Shown in pieces: positions 26,248-36,532 of a DNA stretch of 64,000 nt (the stretch's first letter is position 1; each line of letters starts with the position of its first letter). Made by a program: the position numbers and the translations under genes. This DNA is from Candidatus Woesearchaeota archaeon (lineage in GTDB: Archaea > Nanobdellota > Nanobdellia > Pacearchaeales > GW2011-AR1), in NCBI GenBank assembly GCA_964516745.1, contig CAZEYD010000001.1, positions 303,309 to 367,308 of the forward strand, read 5' to 3'. A model generated the notes under the pieces. That model searched no databases. It was given only the letters and a program-made list of their open reading frames with translations, and had not been told where the DNA came from.

Positions 26248-26955
26248 TTAAGCAATAAAATTTGCTTCTTTAGAACTTTCAACATTATCAATATTAATAT
26301 TTCTGATTAATACACCCTGTCTTTTAGACTTTTCACGGATTTCGGCAGGTTTCATATTAGTCATGTCTTTTGGGTAGACTATTTTATCAATATTTAAGCT
26401 ATGAGAAATTTTAATTTCTGTCCAATCTAACCCAATATCCCAAAATAGAAGATTTAAGAAGTTCTCTTCGTTAGTCTTTACAACACAAAAATCTGCAGTT
26501 GGCCCTTCATTATCTTTTTTGTTAGCTTTTGCAGCTTTAGGAGGTTTGGCCTTTATCTTTACATCAATATCTCCAATTTTAAAACTTAAAGCAAAGAAAG
26601 CTTTTGGATATTTATTCATCATTCCAATGATCTCTTGTGGATTTACTTCAGTTTTTAATATGAGTTTTTTTACACCCTGAAATTGGCTGACCTTTGCAAT
26701 AGGGAATGTTGCCTCACTAGCAATATCCAAAGTTGTCGAGATAATCCCAGTTACAGCTACACTTTTTCCAGCCTTAGGTAGAAAATATCTGACAATAAAA
26801 TTAGCGAATTCGGCACCAGTTTTAACAACCCGTTTTTTAGCCTGTTTTTTACCATAAATCAAATATTTATTCTTAAATTCACCACGAGAGAATTTTACAA
26901 AATCATTATGTATTTCATCGTCAAAGTCACCATCAAATATTTTCTTAATAATCAT
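26248..26955 (-). CDS. Hypothetical protein
   Basis: 235-aa ORF with coding-like composition. No family was recognised. Confidence 0.55.
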   Translation of the reverse strand: MIIKKIFDGDFDDEIHNDFVKFSRGEFKNKYLIYGKKQAKKRVVKTGAEFANFIVRYFLPKAGKSVAVTGIISTTLDIASEATFPIAKVSQFQGVKKLILKTEVNPQEIIGMMNKYPKAFFALSFKIGDIDVKIKAKPPKAAKANKKDNEGPTADFCVVKTNEENFLNLLFWDIGLDWTEIKISHSLNIDKIVYPKDMTNMKPAEIREKSKRQGVLIRNINIDNVESSKEANFIA

Positions 26956-27086
26956 TCATCTTTCAAAGATTTTCCATTTATAAGTTTTTCTTATTAGTAA
27001 TATCAGGAGTCACATAAAACTAGTCATCTTAAACACCATCAATTTAATACAATAATCCTTAAAAGAAAACATAAATTCCATATACT

Positions 27087-28679
27087 ATGTCAGATGAAGT
27101 AATATCTCAAGAAGCAGAGAGAATTATGGGGAAAACTGCTCAGAGAAATAATATATTAGCAGCAAGAATTCTTTCAGAAACAGTAAAAACCACATTAGGA
27201 CCAAAGGGGATGGATAAAATGTTAGTAAACAGGTCGGGTGAAGTTATAATAACAAACGACGGTGTCACAATTTTGGAAGAGATGGAAATAGAACATCCAG
27301 CTGCTAAGATGTTAGTTGAAGTAGCCAAAACCCAGGAACAAGAAGTCGGTGATGGAACAACAACGGCCGTAATGTTAGCGGGAAAACTACTAGAAAACGC
27401 AGAGAATCTCCTAGATAAAAAGATTCATCCAACGGTTATCACTAAAGGGTATAGATTAGCACAACAAAAATCAATAGAGATATTGAAAAGTATATCGCAT
27501 GAGGTTAATGATGAGACAGAACTACGTCAGGTAGCTCAGACGGCGATGACAGGTAAGGGAGCAGAATATATGAAAGAAAAGTTCTCAAAAATAATAGTTG
27601 ACGCGGTTAAGGTTATAGCAGAAGGAACACAATTTAATTCGAATGATATAAGGATAGAAAAACAAAGGGGAGAGTCTATCGAACAAACAGAATTAGTTAG
27701 AGGAATCATCCTTGACAAAGAAAGGGTTTCAATAGAAATGCCGCTGCAAATACAAGATGCGAAGATAGCACTAATAGAAGAGGCGTTAGAAATAAGATCT
27801 CCAGAAATGGAAGCAAAAATATCGGTTGCTTCTCCAGATCAACTTCAGAGCTTTTTGAATCAAGAAGATATAATATTAAAAGACAAGGTAGATAAAATAA
27901 AATCTACAGGTGCGAATGTAATAATTTGCCAAAAAGGAATAGACGAGGTAGTTCAATTCTATTTATCAAAAGCAAATATCTTTGCTATTCGTAGAGTAGC
28001 AAAATCAGATATCCAAGCAATATCTAAAGCCACAGGTGCAAAGATAATTTCAAAGCTGTCAGAAATAACAGAAGAAGATTTAGGTTCTGCACAAAAAGTA
28101 GAAGAGAAACAAGAATCAGATCAGGGATTTACATACATTACAGGATGTGCAAATCCAAGAACATTGACTATTCTAATAAGAGGTGGAAGTGGACATGTTA
28201 TGGACGAGATACAAAGGGCAATTGAGGATGCATTAGGAGACGTTTCAGCAATATTAAAAGATTCAAAAGTTGTTGCGGGTGGCGGGGCTACAGAAATTGA
28301 GGTATCAAGACAGTTAAAACAATACGCTCAAACATTAGCAGGACGTGAACAATTAGCAGTAGAAGAATTTGCGAAAGCATTAGAATTTATACCAACAACG
28401 TTAGCTGAAAATGCAGGATTAGATCCAATAGACGTATTGACAGAACTAAAATCAACTCATGACGCGAATTACTCTAATCAAGGACTAAATTTATTTACAT
28501 CGAAAATAGAAGACACATTGAAATGTGGAATAATCGAACCATTAAAAGTCAAAACACAAGCAATAAGTTCAGCAACAGAAGTAGCAATAATGATATTAAG
28601 AATAGACGATGTTATTGCAGCAAAACAAAAGGGCGGACATTCTTTAACCAACCCATCAGGAATGATAGATTACGAATAA
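27087..28679 (+). CDS. ths: Thermosome subunit (group II chaperonin)
   Basis: [29 protein letters not shown] and VAGGGATE. Confidence 0.95.
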   Translation: MSDEVISQEAERIMGKTAQRNNILAARILSETVKTTLGPKGMDKMLVNRSGEVIITNDGVTILEEMEIEHPAAKMLVEVAKTQEQEVGDGTTTAVMLAGKLLENAENLLDKKIHPTVITKGYRLAQQKSIEILKSISHEVNDETELRQVAQTAMTGKGAEYMKEKFSKIIVDAVKVIAEGTQFNSNDIRIEKQRGESIEQTELVRGIILDKERVSIEMPLQIQDAKIALIEEALEIRSPEMEAKISVASPDQLQSFLNQEDIILKDKVDKIKSTGANVIICQKGIDEVVQFYLSKANIFAIRRVAKSDIQAISKATGAKIISKLSEITEEDLGSAQKVEEKQESDQGFTYITGCANPRTLTILIRGGSGHVMDEIQRAIEDALGDVSAILKDSKVVAGGGATEIEVSRQLKQYAQTLAGREQLAVEEFAKALEFIPTTLAENAGLDPIDVLTELKSTHDANYSNQGLNLFTSKIEDTLKCGIIEPLKVKTQAISSATEVAIMILRIDDVIAAKQKGGHSLTNPSGMIDYE

Positions 28680-28714
28680 TAATGAACTTTTTATAATTAA
28701 AATATAATTAAGAA

Positions 28715-28825
28715 CTACTTGTTTCTATGCATTTTTCTTTTACGCTTCTCAGTCTTAAGTCTTTTACGTTGCCATTTCCAACGCATTTGACCCTTTTTCT
28801 TCCATCTTCTACTTGATCTCTTCAT
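28715..28825 (-). CDS. rpl41e: Ribosomal protein eL41-like micro-ORF (36 aa, or 23 aa from an internal Met at 28786)
   Basis: My translation is MKRSSRRWKKKGQMRWKWQRKRLKTEKRKRKMHRNK. The MRWKWQRKRLK..KRKRKM part resembles eL41. It is not in the ORF track. Confidence 0.5.
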   Translation of the reverse strand: MKRSSRRWKKKGQMRWKWQRKRLKTEKRKRKMHRNK

Positions 28826-28936
28826 AAATATAAAGCCAATTTTAGCTTTATAAAAGTTTGTATAATTAAGAGATATATAAAACAAGTCATCTCCGATAAG
28901 TTTTTAATTTGAAATTAGTTTTCTACCATATAGTCT

Positions 28937-29009
28937 AGTCCCGTAGTCTAGTGGTCAAGGATGTCGGACTCTGAATCCGGCGACCCAGGTTCGAATCCTG
29001 GCGGGGCTA
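28937..29009 (+). tRNA. tRNA-Gln (anticodon CUG)
   Basis: Hand-folded cloverleaf. Acceptor agtcccg/cggggct, anticodon stem tcgga/tccgg with loop ctCTGaa, T arm ccagg-ttcgaat-cctgg, discriminator a. Confidence 0.85.
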
Positions 29010-29145
29010 TAATATTTTTAGAAATAAAGTCACCATTACAATGCCATGATGAGAACCTGAGGTTCGACGAACAGTTTTACTCGAATTTTATATTAATATA
29101 TACTAATAAAATTTCAGAGTGAAATGTGAGCACTGGCGGGGCTAT
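28998..29145 (+). repeat. 13-nt direct repeat of the tRNA-Gln 3' end (ctggcggggctat at 28998-29010 and 29133-29145) bracketing a ~120-nt insert
   Basis: The two copies match exactly. The second copy is followed by an 8-T run. The inner part, 29053-29132, is homologous to 62546-62631. Confidence 0.8.
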
Positions 29146-29188
29146 TTTTTTTCAAAACCTTTATAACTTTCTCTAACCACCTATTTTT

Positions 29189-29710
29189 ATGAAAATTCAA
29201 GCAATATTACTAGGGAAAAAGATTAGTTCAAACTCAAAAGAGGCCTTTGATTTATTATCAAACCAAAGATTTGGAGAAAAGGAAGGAGACAAGGTCTATT
29301 ATATGTTAGAAGAGGCATATTATCTTTTAGAAAAAAGAAAAATAACAATAAAATCATCTTCATATAAAGAACTTAATAAATTAGAGGTGAGCAAAAAATT
29401 CAGTGTGATAGATAGAAATTTTCTAGTTAACTATATGGCATATAAAGATTTGAAGGAAAAAGGATATTTAATAAAAACAGGACTGAAGTTTGGAGGAACA
29501 TTTAGAGTATATAATAAAGAAGCAAGAATCGGACAATCTCATTCAAAATGGATATGTTTTGCAATAGACTCAAAAGAAAAAAATGCATGGCAAGATTTTG
29601 CAGCAAAAAACAGAGTCGCCCATTCAACAAAAAAAACACTATTAATAGCTGTTGTAGATGCAGAGAATGACGTAACATACTATGAGTCTTCTTGGAAGAA
29701 AATTGTTTAA
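29189..29710 (+). CDS. endA: tRNA-splicing endonuclease (short homotetramer-type EndA)
   Basis: GLKFGGTFRVY, SHSKWICFAI and AHSTKKTLLIAVVD match the Y/H/K catalytic context of EndA. The size of 173 aa fits. Confidence 0.8.
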   Translation: MKIQAILLGKKISSNSKEAFDLLSNQRFGEKEGDKVYYMLEEAYYLLEKRKITIKSSSYKELNKLEVSKKFSVIDRNFLVNYMAYKDLKEKGYLIKTGLKFGGTFRVYNKEARIGQSHSKWICFAIDSKEKNAWQDFAAKNRVAHSTKKTLLIAVVDAENDVTYYESSWKKIV

Positions 29711-29832
29711 TATATTATATAAAACTGTCATTTATTCCACAAACCTTTTAAACCCAAATTACACAATAATATTAATTATCAGGTGCAAAACCAATCGGAA
29801 GTAGCATTAACTCCTGAACTAATTATAATAAA

Positions 29833-30813
29833 ATGGTAAAAACAAAAGAAACAATAGTTGAAAAGATAAAAGATAAAGTAGAAGAAGTTATAGAAAAGAC
29901 AAAAGAAATTTTAGAAATAGAACCAGAAAAAAAAGTAAAACCTGTAAAAAAGAGTATAAAAGTAATAGAAGATAAAAAGAAAACTACAGAAAAAGTTGAA
30001 GATGGCGAAGTGGCAAAGGATAGTACAATCCTAACACCAATAGAGGATTACATAAAAACAGCATCATATTTAGGAACTAAAGTAATCACTCCATCGATGA
30101 GAAAATATATTTATAGGAGAAGACTGGATGGTTTGGCGATTTTAAATACGTTATTAGTAGATAAAAAACTATCAGAAGCGATTGATTTTATTAAACAATA
30201 TAAACCGGATGAATGGACTCTAGTATGTAAAAGAGAAGCTGGTTGGCGAGCAGCTAAAATGTTCTCGGAGTTAACAGGAGTAAAGGTATTCACAAAGAAG
30301 TATCCATCAGGCGTACTTACAAATATTCGATTAGATAACTTCATCGAAACAAGAATGTTAATGATTTGCGATCCATGGTTGGACAAGAATGCTCTTAAGG
30401 ACGCAAAGAAAGTTAAAATTCCTGTAGTCGGAATCTGTGATACAAATAATCATACTTCAAACATAGATGTTGTAGCAATAGCAAACAACAAATCAAACAA
30501 ATCCCTGGGATTAGTCTTCTGGTTATTATCAAGGGAATACATGAAAGCACATGATATCGATAAAAGTCTGCCAAGTCTAGAGGATTTTGTTGGCGAAAAA
30601 TTAATATTAGAAGAACCAAGAAAGAAAAAGAAAGTAAAAGAACAAAAAGAACAACAATTGAAAAGTGCCGAAGCAGCTATTGAGGAGAGAATGAAGCAAA
30701 TCGCGGATAAGGAAGATAGTAATGTAAAATCCGAATCAAAACAACAAGATATAGATTCAGGTAAAGAAGTTCCAGTTGTTAAAGTAAGTGAAGGCGCAAG
30801 TCAAGGTGTTTAA
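29833..30813 (+). CDS. rps2: Ribosomal protein uS2 with K/E-rich N- and C-terminal extensions
   Basis: The core runs YLGTKVITPSMRKYIYRRRLDGLAILN...PVVGICDTNN...IANNKSNKSLGLVFWLL. Extensions of ~65 aa and ~70 aa flank it. Confidence 0.85.
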   Translation: MVKTKETIVEKIKDKVEEVIEKTKEILEIEPEKKVKPVKKSIKVIEDKKKTTEKVEDGEVAKDSTILTPIEDYIKTASYLGTKVITPSMRKYIYRRRLDGLAILNTLLVDKKLSEAIDFIKQYKPDEWTLVCKREAGWRAAKMFSELTGVKVFTKKYPSGVLTNIRLDNFIETRMLMICDPWLDKNALKDAKKVKIPVVGICDTNNHTSNIDVVAIANNKSNKSLGLVFWLLSREYMKAHDIDKSLPSLEDFVGEKLILEEPRKKKKVKEQKEQQLKSAEAAIEERMKQIADKEDSNVKSESKQQDIDSGKEVPVVKVSEGASQGV

Positions 30814-30826
30814 TTTTTAATATATT

Positions 30827-32047
30827 TTAAGAAAATCTTTTATGAATCTGTTTCTCTATGTCTATTAATCTTTTGTGTTTAATAAGCCGTTCTTGTCCCA
30901 TAATTCCACATTTAATAAAACTAGCATCAAAACCTACAGCAAGATCAGAGAGCAAAGTATCTTTTGTCTCTCCAGATCTGTGTGAAAAAATCAATTTAAT
31001 ATTGTTTTTTTTACAAATTTCCGCAACTTTTTTTACCTCGATTAAAGATCCAATTTGATTAGGTTTAATAATTATAGCATTAATAGATTTAGACCTAATA
31101 GCCCGATTTAATCTTTCTGTATTCGTGGTGGTTAAATCATCACCGACAACTAAGGTATTTCTTTTTTTTGTAGAGGCTACAATTTCTTTAAAACCACTAA
31201 AGTCCTCTTCATCCAACGGGTCCTCTAAATAGAATAAGTTGTATTTATTTATAATCCTCTTCATATAATCAATTTGATCAAGCCTGTCTCTTGTCAACTT
31301 TTTATTTTTGTAATTATAATAACCCTTTTCAAAGAAAGTCGAAGCAGCGATGTCAATACCAATTCTTAAATCAAACTTTTCAACAATTTCCATCAAAATA
31401 AATAAAACCTCCTCATTTGTTTTGTTTGTTTTCCAAGCAGACTCATCATTTTTTGCTTTTCCTCGAATGAGCGACCTTGCATATTGATAAGCCCTGATAT
31501 TTTTAGAAATAGCTCTCGAAAAAGTCTCCTCATTTGGGATCAATAGAAATTCTTGAAAATCAGGTCTCTTCCTTTTAACAAAGGCAGAATGTAATCCACC
31601 ACCAATACAATTTCCAATAGGCATAGGCATTTTCGGTTTTCTGCCGATGTTCACATCATCAAAAATAAATTCCCAAACATCTTTATTATTGTCCTTAGCG
31701 GCAGCTTTCAGGAAAACTCCATCTAAAATATAAGTGACATTTCCTCCAAGTTTCCCATAATGCGTTTCAAACTTTTTGACCAAACTTTGTAACTGTATTA
31801 AATCATCAACAATTTTTATTAGAAAGTTTTTTCCCTTTAATTTTTCACAAAACTCTTTCAATAAATTAAAACTTTTTGTAATACCATCTTTATTGTAACT
31901 CATAACTTCATGTGCACCAGTAGATTTACCAGTAGGAGCTGAACAAGAAAAAGTACCCTCATAACTTTTTAGAAATATTTCAATTGTTTTACCACCACGT
32001 GAATCCTTTATAATTCTAGGTTTAATCTCTTTGATAAACATAAACAA
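30827..32047 (-). CDS. eno: Enolase
   Basis: DSRGGKTIE, APTGKSTGAHE, LEDPLDEEDF, VGDDLTTTN, IKPNQIGS and SHRSGET. Confidence 0.9.
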   Translation of the reverse strand: MFMFIKEIKPRIIKDSRGGKTIEIFLKSYEGTFSCSAPTGKSTGAHEVMSYNKDGITKSFNLLKEFCEKLKGKNFLIKIVDDLIQLQSLVKKFETHYGKLGGNVTYILDGVFLKAAAKDNNKDVWEFIFDDVNIGRKPKMPMPIGNCIGGGLHSAFVKRKRPDFQEFLLIPNEETFSRAISKNIRAYQYARSLIRGKAKNDESAWKTNKTNEEVLFILMEIVEKFDLRIGIDIAASTFFEKGYYNYKNKKLTRDRLDQIDYMKRIINKYNLFYLEDPLDEEDFSGFKEIVASTKKRNTLVVGDDLTTTNTERLNRAIRSKSINAIIIKPNQIGSLIEVKKVAEICKKNNIKLIFSHRSGETKDTLLSDLAVGFDASFIKCGIMGQERLIKHKRLIDIEKQIHKRFS

Positions 32048-32145
32048 AGAAAACTAAAATACTTAATAAATTTATCTAACGATAATATAAACATAAACAA
32101 AGAAATAATCAAAGAATTTATAAATAGAAACACCTTAAAATAATA

Positions 32146-32919
32146 ATGAGAAAGGGGCTTCATAACAAGAAGGGACAACTAACCTTATTTATAATTCTAG
32201 GAATAATAATCTTTGCCGGAATCTTCGTCTTTATCTTTTGGGTACAACCAACGTTTATCTCTCAAAACTCAGCAAGATTGAGCTTTGAAGGATGTATCGA
32301 AAAAGTAGTAGATGACTCAATAACAGAATTAGCATTAACAGGTGGATACAAGAACCCAAGCTTCTCCTATATATATAAGGGACAAGAAATCCCATATTTT
32401 ATTTATACCAGCGAATATTATAAACCAGGTGTAACTCAGAATCCATTCCCAATAAAAGCATTTAGAGAAGAACTTATATCGTATACAACTCCAGGAATAG
32501 AAGCATGTTATTCAAATTCTATATCAAAATTACAGAAACTAGGATATGAGGTTGTAAAGGGAACACCAAAGGTATCGATACTAGTTTTCCCAGAGTTTGT
32601 TCGTGTAACATTAGATGCACCAACAACAATAGGCACAGAACAATATCAAGAATTCATAATAGATATCCCATCTGAAATTTTCGGAATATTGGAAAAAGTA
32701 AGTACCATACTATATAGAGAATCATTATATGGAACAACAGATATTCTTGAATTAATGAGAACAACATCTAATCATATAATCCAAGTGTTTAAGCAGGGTG
32801 ATGGAACAAAGGTATATGTGATTGAAGATAGAGAATCTGGAACTAAATATCAATTTGCTAGCAGATCTTATGTCAAACCAGTAGGTATCGACATAGAGGC
32901 AATATCGGGATTATTATGA
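32146..32919 (+). CDS. Pilin-like protein, first gene of the second pilus-like operon
   Basis: MRKGLHNKKGQLTLFIILGIIIFAGIFVFIFW shows KG then Q followed by a hydrophobic helix. Confidence 0.55.
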   Translation: MRKGLHNKKGQLTLFIILGIIIFAGIFVFIFWVQPTFISQNSARLSFEGCIEKVVDDSITELALTGGYKNPSFSYIYKGQEIPYFIYTSEYYKPGVTQNPFPIKAFREELISYTTPGIEACYSNSISKLQKLGYEVVKGTPKVSILVFPEFVRVTLDAPTTIGTEQYQEFIIDIPSEIFGILEKVSTILYRESLYGTTDILELMRTTSNHIIQVFKQGDGTKVYVIEDRESGTKYQFASRSYVKPVGIDIEAISGLL

Positions 32920-34724
32920 AAATGGAACACAACACAACACAAATATTTGTACTCCTATTAATATTAGCTACATTTTTACCATTAGTATTAGCAGAACCAA
33001 GCACATCAACATATTGTTGTGAGAAAACAATAACAGATGGAAGCTGTGTTAATACAATAAGAGCGGAATGTAATGATTCTATGCAAAAAAGCCAAGCATC
33101 TTGTGGTAGCACAACATATTGTCAATTAGGAACATGCTACGATACTGACAACGGAGAATGTTCAGGTAACATCGCAAAAGCACGTTGTTTAGAAAAAGGA
33201 GGAGAGTTTATCCCAGGAGATATTCGTGAGGTAGGACAATGTAAATTAGGTTGCTGTATATTAGGAGATAACGCCCAATTGTCAACACATACTAGATGTA
33301 TAGCAACAGGAACTATGTTAGGAATTAATTCAGATTTTAATGCAGGAATAACAATAGAATCAGAATGTATATCATCAGTTCAAACACAGGACAGAGGAGC
33401 ATGTGTGACACCAACAGACATAGGAAGACAATGTATCGTTACAACAAGAGAAGACTGTGGGGGAAGCGAAGGAACAATAACCAGTGGAACATACCAATCC
33501 GAATCAGCAAAAACATTTTATAGCGGATATTTATGTTCATCAGGTGCCCTATTGACCAACTGTGGAAAACAAGCAGAAACACGATGTGATGATGACGATA
33601 TTTATTGGTATGATACTTGTGGAAATAGAGAAAACGTGTATTCTGGAGTTTTTACAAACAAGACAGATATCATAAGTTATAATAATGGAAAATTAGCAAC
33701 ACCAAAAGAAATAAGTCCAACTAGATCTCTAGATGGAGATTGTGATTATTTCTTTGAAAGTATTTGTGCCGATTGGAGTAAAAACACAATCGGTGCACCA
33801 GAATCAGTTCCAGAAAGGGTAGCTAGTTATTGTAAGTCAACAACATGTATAGACAAAGACAAAAATCCAAGAAAAAATCTGGAAGCTTGGTGTGTTACAG
33901 ATGATACAAATTCTAACAAGATATTAAAATTTAACGACAAAAATATATTACAACAACAGGGTGAAGGATTAGATTTAGTAGGTTCAGAATATTTCGTAAA
34001 GTATTGTAATAATGGTATAATCTATAATGAAAGCTGCCAATCTAACAGAAGAGAGATTTGTATTGAAGGATACAAAAATGTAGGTTCAGATACGGAAACA
34101 TCTCTTACAAAACAAGCAACTGCAAGATGTGTAAACAATAGAAATGAAGAATGTATAATAATAGATCAAAAAACAGATTGCGAGAATTCAGACAAAAGAG
34201 ATTGTATATGGTTAGGTGATTCAGAAATAAGCACATTGATATCAACTAATTCAACTCTATTATCAACAGAGGATGGAATTAAAATAAGAGGGAATAGAAG
34301 AAGTAATAAAAAAGAAAACGGTGTTTGTGTTTCGAGGTATTCACAAGGACTAATCACAAATTCATCAGCAGGTGATACAACCTGTAACCTAGCATCTGTT
34401 AGTTGTGAAGTTACATATGAAAGAGATCTAATGGAAAAAGTTTTTTCATCTGTCGAACTATTTTTTGGAGGCAAAGTAGGCGGAAAAAATCCAAGATTAA
34501 GAGATTATAAGTTTGAGATATTAGAAAATAATAAGTGTTTAGGAAAAGATTGGGTTAATGAAGCAAATAAAATATGTGTTAGGCAAGGAGATTGTGGAGC
34601 ATATAAGAATTATGAAAACTATAAAGACTTTGCATATGAATACACTGGTAGTATTGAAGGTGATTTAAATGGGAGTTCTATTCAGGGCGAATTAAATAAA
34701 TGGATAGATGGGAGTATAATATGA
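32916..34724 (+). CDS. Large Cys-rich secreted protein
   Basis: 602 aa with a signal-like N-terminus (FVLLLILATFLPLVLA). Cys residues are very numerous throughout. ATGA overlap with the upstream gene. Confidence 0.6.
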   Translation: MKMEHNTTQIFVLLLILATFLPLVLAEPSTSTYCCEKTITDGSCVNTIRAECNDSMQKSQASCGSTTYCQLGTCYDTDNGECSGNIAKARCLEKGGEFIPGDIREVGQCKLGCCILGDNAQLSTHTRCIATGTMLGINSDFNAGITIESECISSVQTQDRGACVTPTDIGRQCIVTTREDCGGSEGTITSGTYQSESAKTFYSGYLCSSGALLTNCGKQAETRCDDDDIYWYDTCGNRENVYSGVFTNKTDIISYNNGKLATPKEISPTRSLDGDCDYFFESICADWSKNTIGAPESVPERVASYCKSTTCIDKDKNPRKNLEAWCVTDDTNSNKILKFNDKNILQQQGEGLDLVGSEYFVKYCNNGIIYNESCQSNRREICIEGYKNVGSDTETSLTKQATARCVNNRNEECIIIDQKTDCENSDKRDCIWLGDSEISTLISTNSTLLSTEDGIKIRGNRRSNKKENGVCVSRYSQGLITNSSAGDTTCNLASVSCEVTYERDLMEKVFSSVELFFGGKVGGKNPRLRDYKFEILENNKCLGKDWVNEANKICVRQGDCGAYKNYENYKDFAYEYTGSIEGDLNGSSIQGELNKWIDGSII

Positions 34725-36526
34725 AAAATGAAAAAAGCGCAGTATTTCAAATAATGATATTATTAATAGGTTTCCTTTCATTCGTCATGCTGATAAATTT
34801 TGGTATGGCTGAAGAATTAAATTTTGAAGGCAAGGTGGATTTTAGCGACAAAAGTTCGAATAATAACTGGTTTAATCTTTTTGTTGCGGGTGCTGCTGGT
34901 CTTGTATTGGGTGCAGCAACTTGTCTTATCCCTTTAATCGCGCCATTCTGTTTGGTACCTATAATACTAGGCGCTGTAGGAGGAGGCTTATTGGGTACAG
35001 CTTTTAGAGAAACAGTCACCCAAACAATAACTTATAGTTGTGAACCATGGGAGCCCTCAGTAGGAGGGGAAAATTGTCATAGATGTAATGAAGTAGAAGT
35101 TCCATGTAATGAATATAGATGCTCGTCATTGGGTCAGTCATGTGTTTTTGTTGATGATGAAGGAGAAAATGTTTGTGTAGAATCTAATTCTAGGGACATA
35201 TCCCCACCAATAATCTCTCCAAATAAAGAAGTGTTATCGGTAGGATACGAATACATAGATTTAGACGATTATTCATTTGGTGGAGCGGGAGGATATAAAA
35301 TTAGACAAAACAATGCAAATAAAGATGAATATGTTAAGGCAGGTGATCCAATAACATTCGGAATTACAACTGACGAACCGGCTAAGTGTAAAATTTCTTT
35401 AAATAGATCAACTGGTTATGATGGAGCAGTTAAGATGGGTGGAGACTCAAGTACAAGATCAAGCTTCTCTGAGACAATGAACTTACCAAACGCAGATATA
35501 CTAAAAGGAGCCGGACTTACATTAGTTGACGGAAAAGAGATGAACTTATATGTTTGGTGCCAAGACCATCGAGGAAATCAAGATGGACCGTATTTAATCC
35601 GTTTTAATGTAGATCCAACACCAGATATAACATCACCAACAGTAATAGGTACAGTTTCAGGTGGTAACGATAAATGTGTCGGCACTTCAGATTTGCAAGT
35701 AGGATTTAAAGTGAAGGACTCTTCGTTGGTTACTGATTGTAGATGGAGCAGGACAAGCCAAAGTTATAATAAAATGGAGGCGAACAAAACAATGAGTTGT
35801 ATTTCTTCAAATGACCCAACCTACCGAGCAGTATGTACAGCAGATTTAAACGGAGTAGCAAGAGAGCTAACTTCGTATTATGTAGCATGTAAAGATGGTG
35901 CTAATAACTCTAACATCCAACCAGCTTACGAACTAAAACTAAGAGTGGGAAGTGAGCTTAAATTAGATTCTGTAAAACCAATATCAGGAGAAACAATATA
36001 TGGAACAATCCAAGAATTACCAGTAATTTTAGAGGTTCAAACTTTATTAGGATGTAATGATGGAAAAGCAGATTGTAAATTTGCAAAAGGTCCAAGTGCA
36101 AGACTAATAGACTTAAGAGAGTTCGACGATACAAACAATATAGATGGTGTAAGCACACACACACTTTTCTTAAATGGAGGAAGCCATGAATATTTGATCC
36201 AGTGTGTAGATGAAGGAGGAAATACAGTTCAAGAAACAATAAATTTCGATGTAGAAATAGATTCAGATTCTCCAATAATAGCAAGAATGTATGAAGAGGA
36301 AGGAGATTTGAAAATAATAACAGCCTATGATTCAAACTGTAGTTATAGCCTGACCACTTGTACTTTCGATTTTGATACAGAAGGAACAGTAATGCCATAT
36401 AGTAATAGTCAAAACCATATACTCCCATGGGACAAGGAAGCAACATATTACATTAAATGTACAGATGGATTAAGAACAATACCACAAGATTGTTCAACAA
36501 TAGTAAGGCCGACATCTAACTATTAA
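34721..36526 (+). CDS. Large membrane-anchored extracellular protein
   Basis: MKNEKSAVFQIMILLIGFLSFVML, then a Gly/Ala-rich second hydrophobic segment, then ~500 aa of extracellular-looking sequence. ATGA overlap with the upstream gene. Confidence 0.6.
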   Translation: MKNEKSAVFQIMILLIGFLSFVMLINFGMAEELNFEGKVDFSDKSSNNNWFNLFVAGAAGLVLGAATCLIPLIAPFCLVPIILGAVGGGLLGTAFRETVTQTITYSCEPWEPSVGGENCHRCNEVEVPCNEYRCSSLGQSCVFVDDEGENVCVESNSRDISPPIISPNKEVLSVGYEYIDLDDYSFGGAGGYKIRQNNANKDEYVKAGDPITFGITTDEPAKCKISLNRSTGYDGAVKMGGDSSTRSSFSETMNLPNADILKGAGLTLVDGKEMNLYVWCQDHRGNQDGPYLIRFNVDPTPDITSPTVIGTVSGGNDKCVGTSDLQVGFKVKDSSLVTDCRWSRTSQSYNKMEANKTMSCISSNDPTYRAVCTADLNGVARELTSYYVACKDGANNSNIQPAYELKLRVGSELKLDSVKPISGETIYGTIQELPVILEVQTLLGCNDGKADCKFAKGPSARLIDLREFDDTNNIDGVSTHTLFLNGGSHEYLIQCVDEGGNTVQETINFDVEIDSDSPIIARMYEEEGDLKIITAYDSNCSYSLTTCTFDFDTEGTVMPYSNSQNHILPWDKEATYYIKCTDGLRTIPQDCSTIVRPTSNY

Positions 36527-36532
36527 TTAATA

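Noticed and set aside
29045-29065. A box C/D sRNA in the tRNA-Gln downstream insert (ATGATGA followed by CTGA).
   Set aside because: The CTGA lies only 4 nt after the C-like box, and no proper D box sits near the 3' end. The homologous insert at 62546-62631 lacks these boxes.
35958-36446. A 162-aa Leu-rich antisense ORF. Other antisense ORFs were treated the same way, such as 43594-43974, 44412-45137, 52647-53147 and 62702-62929.
   Set aside because: They are shadow frames opposite well-supported genes and have no independent signals.
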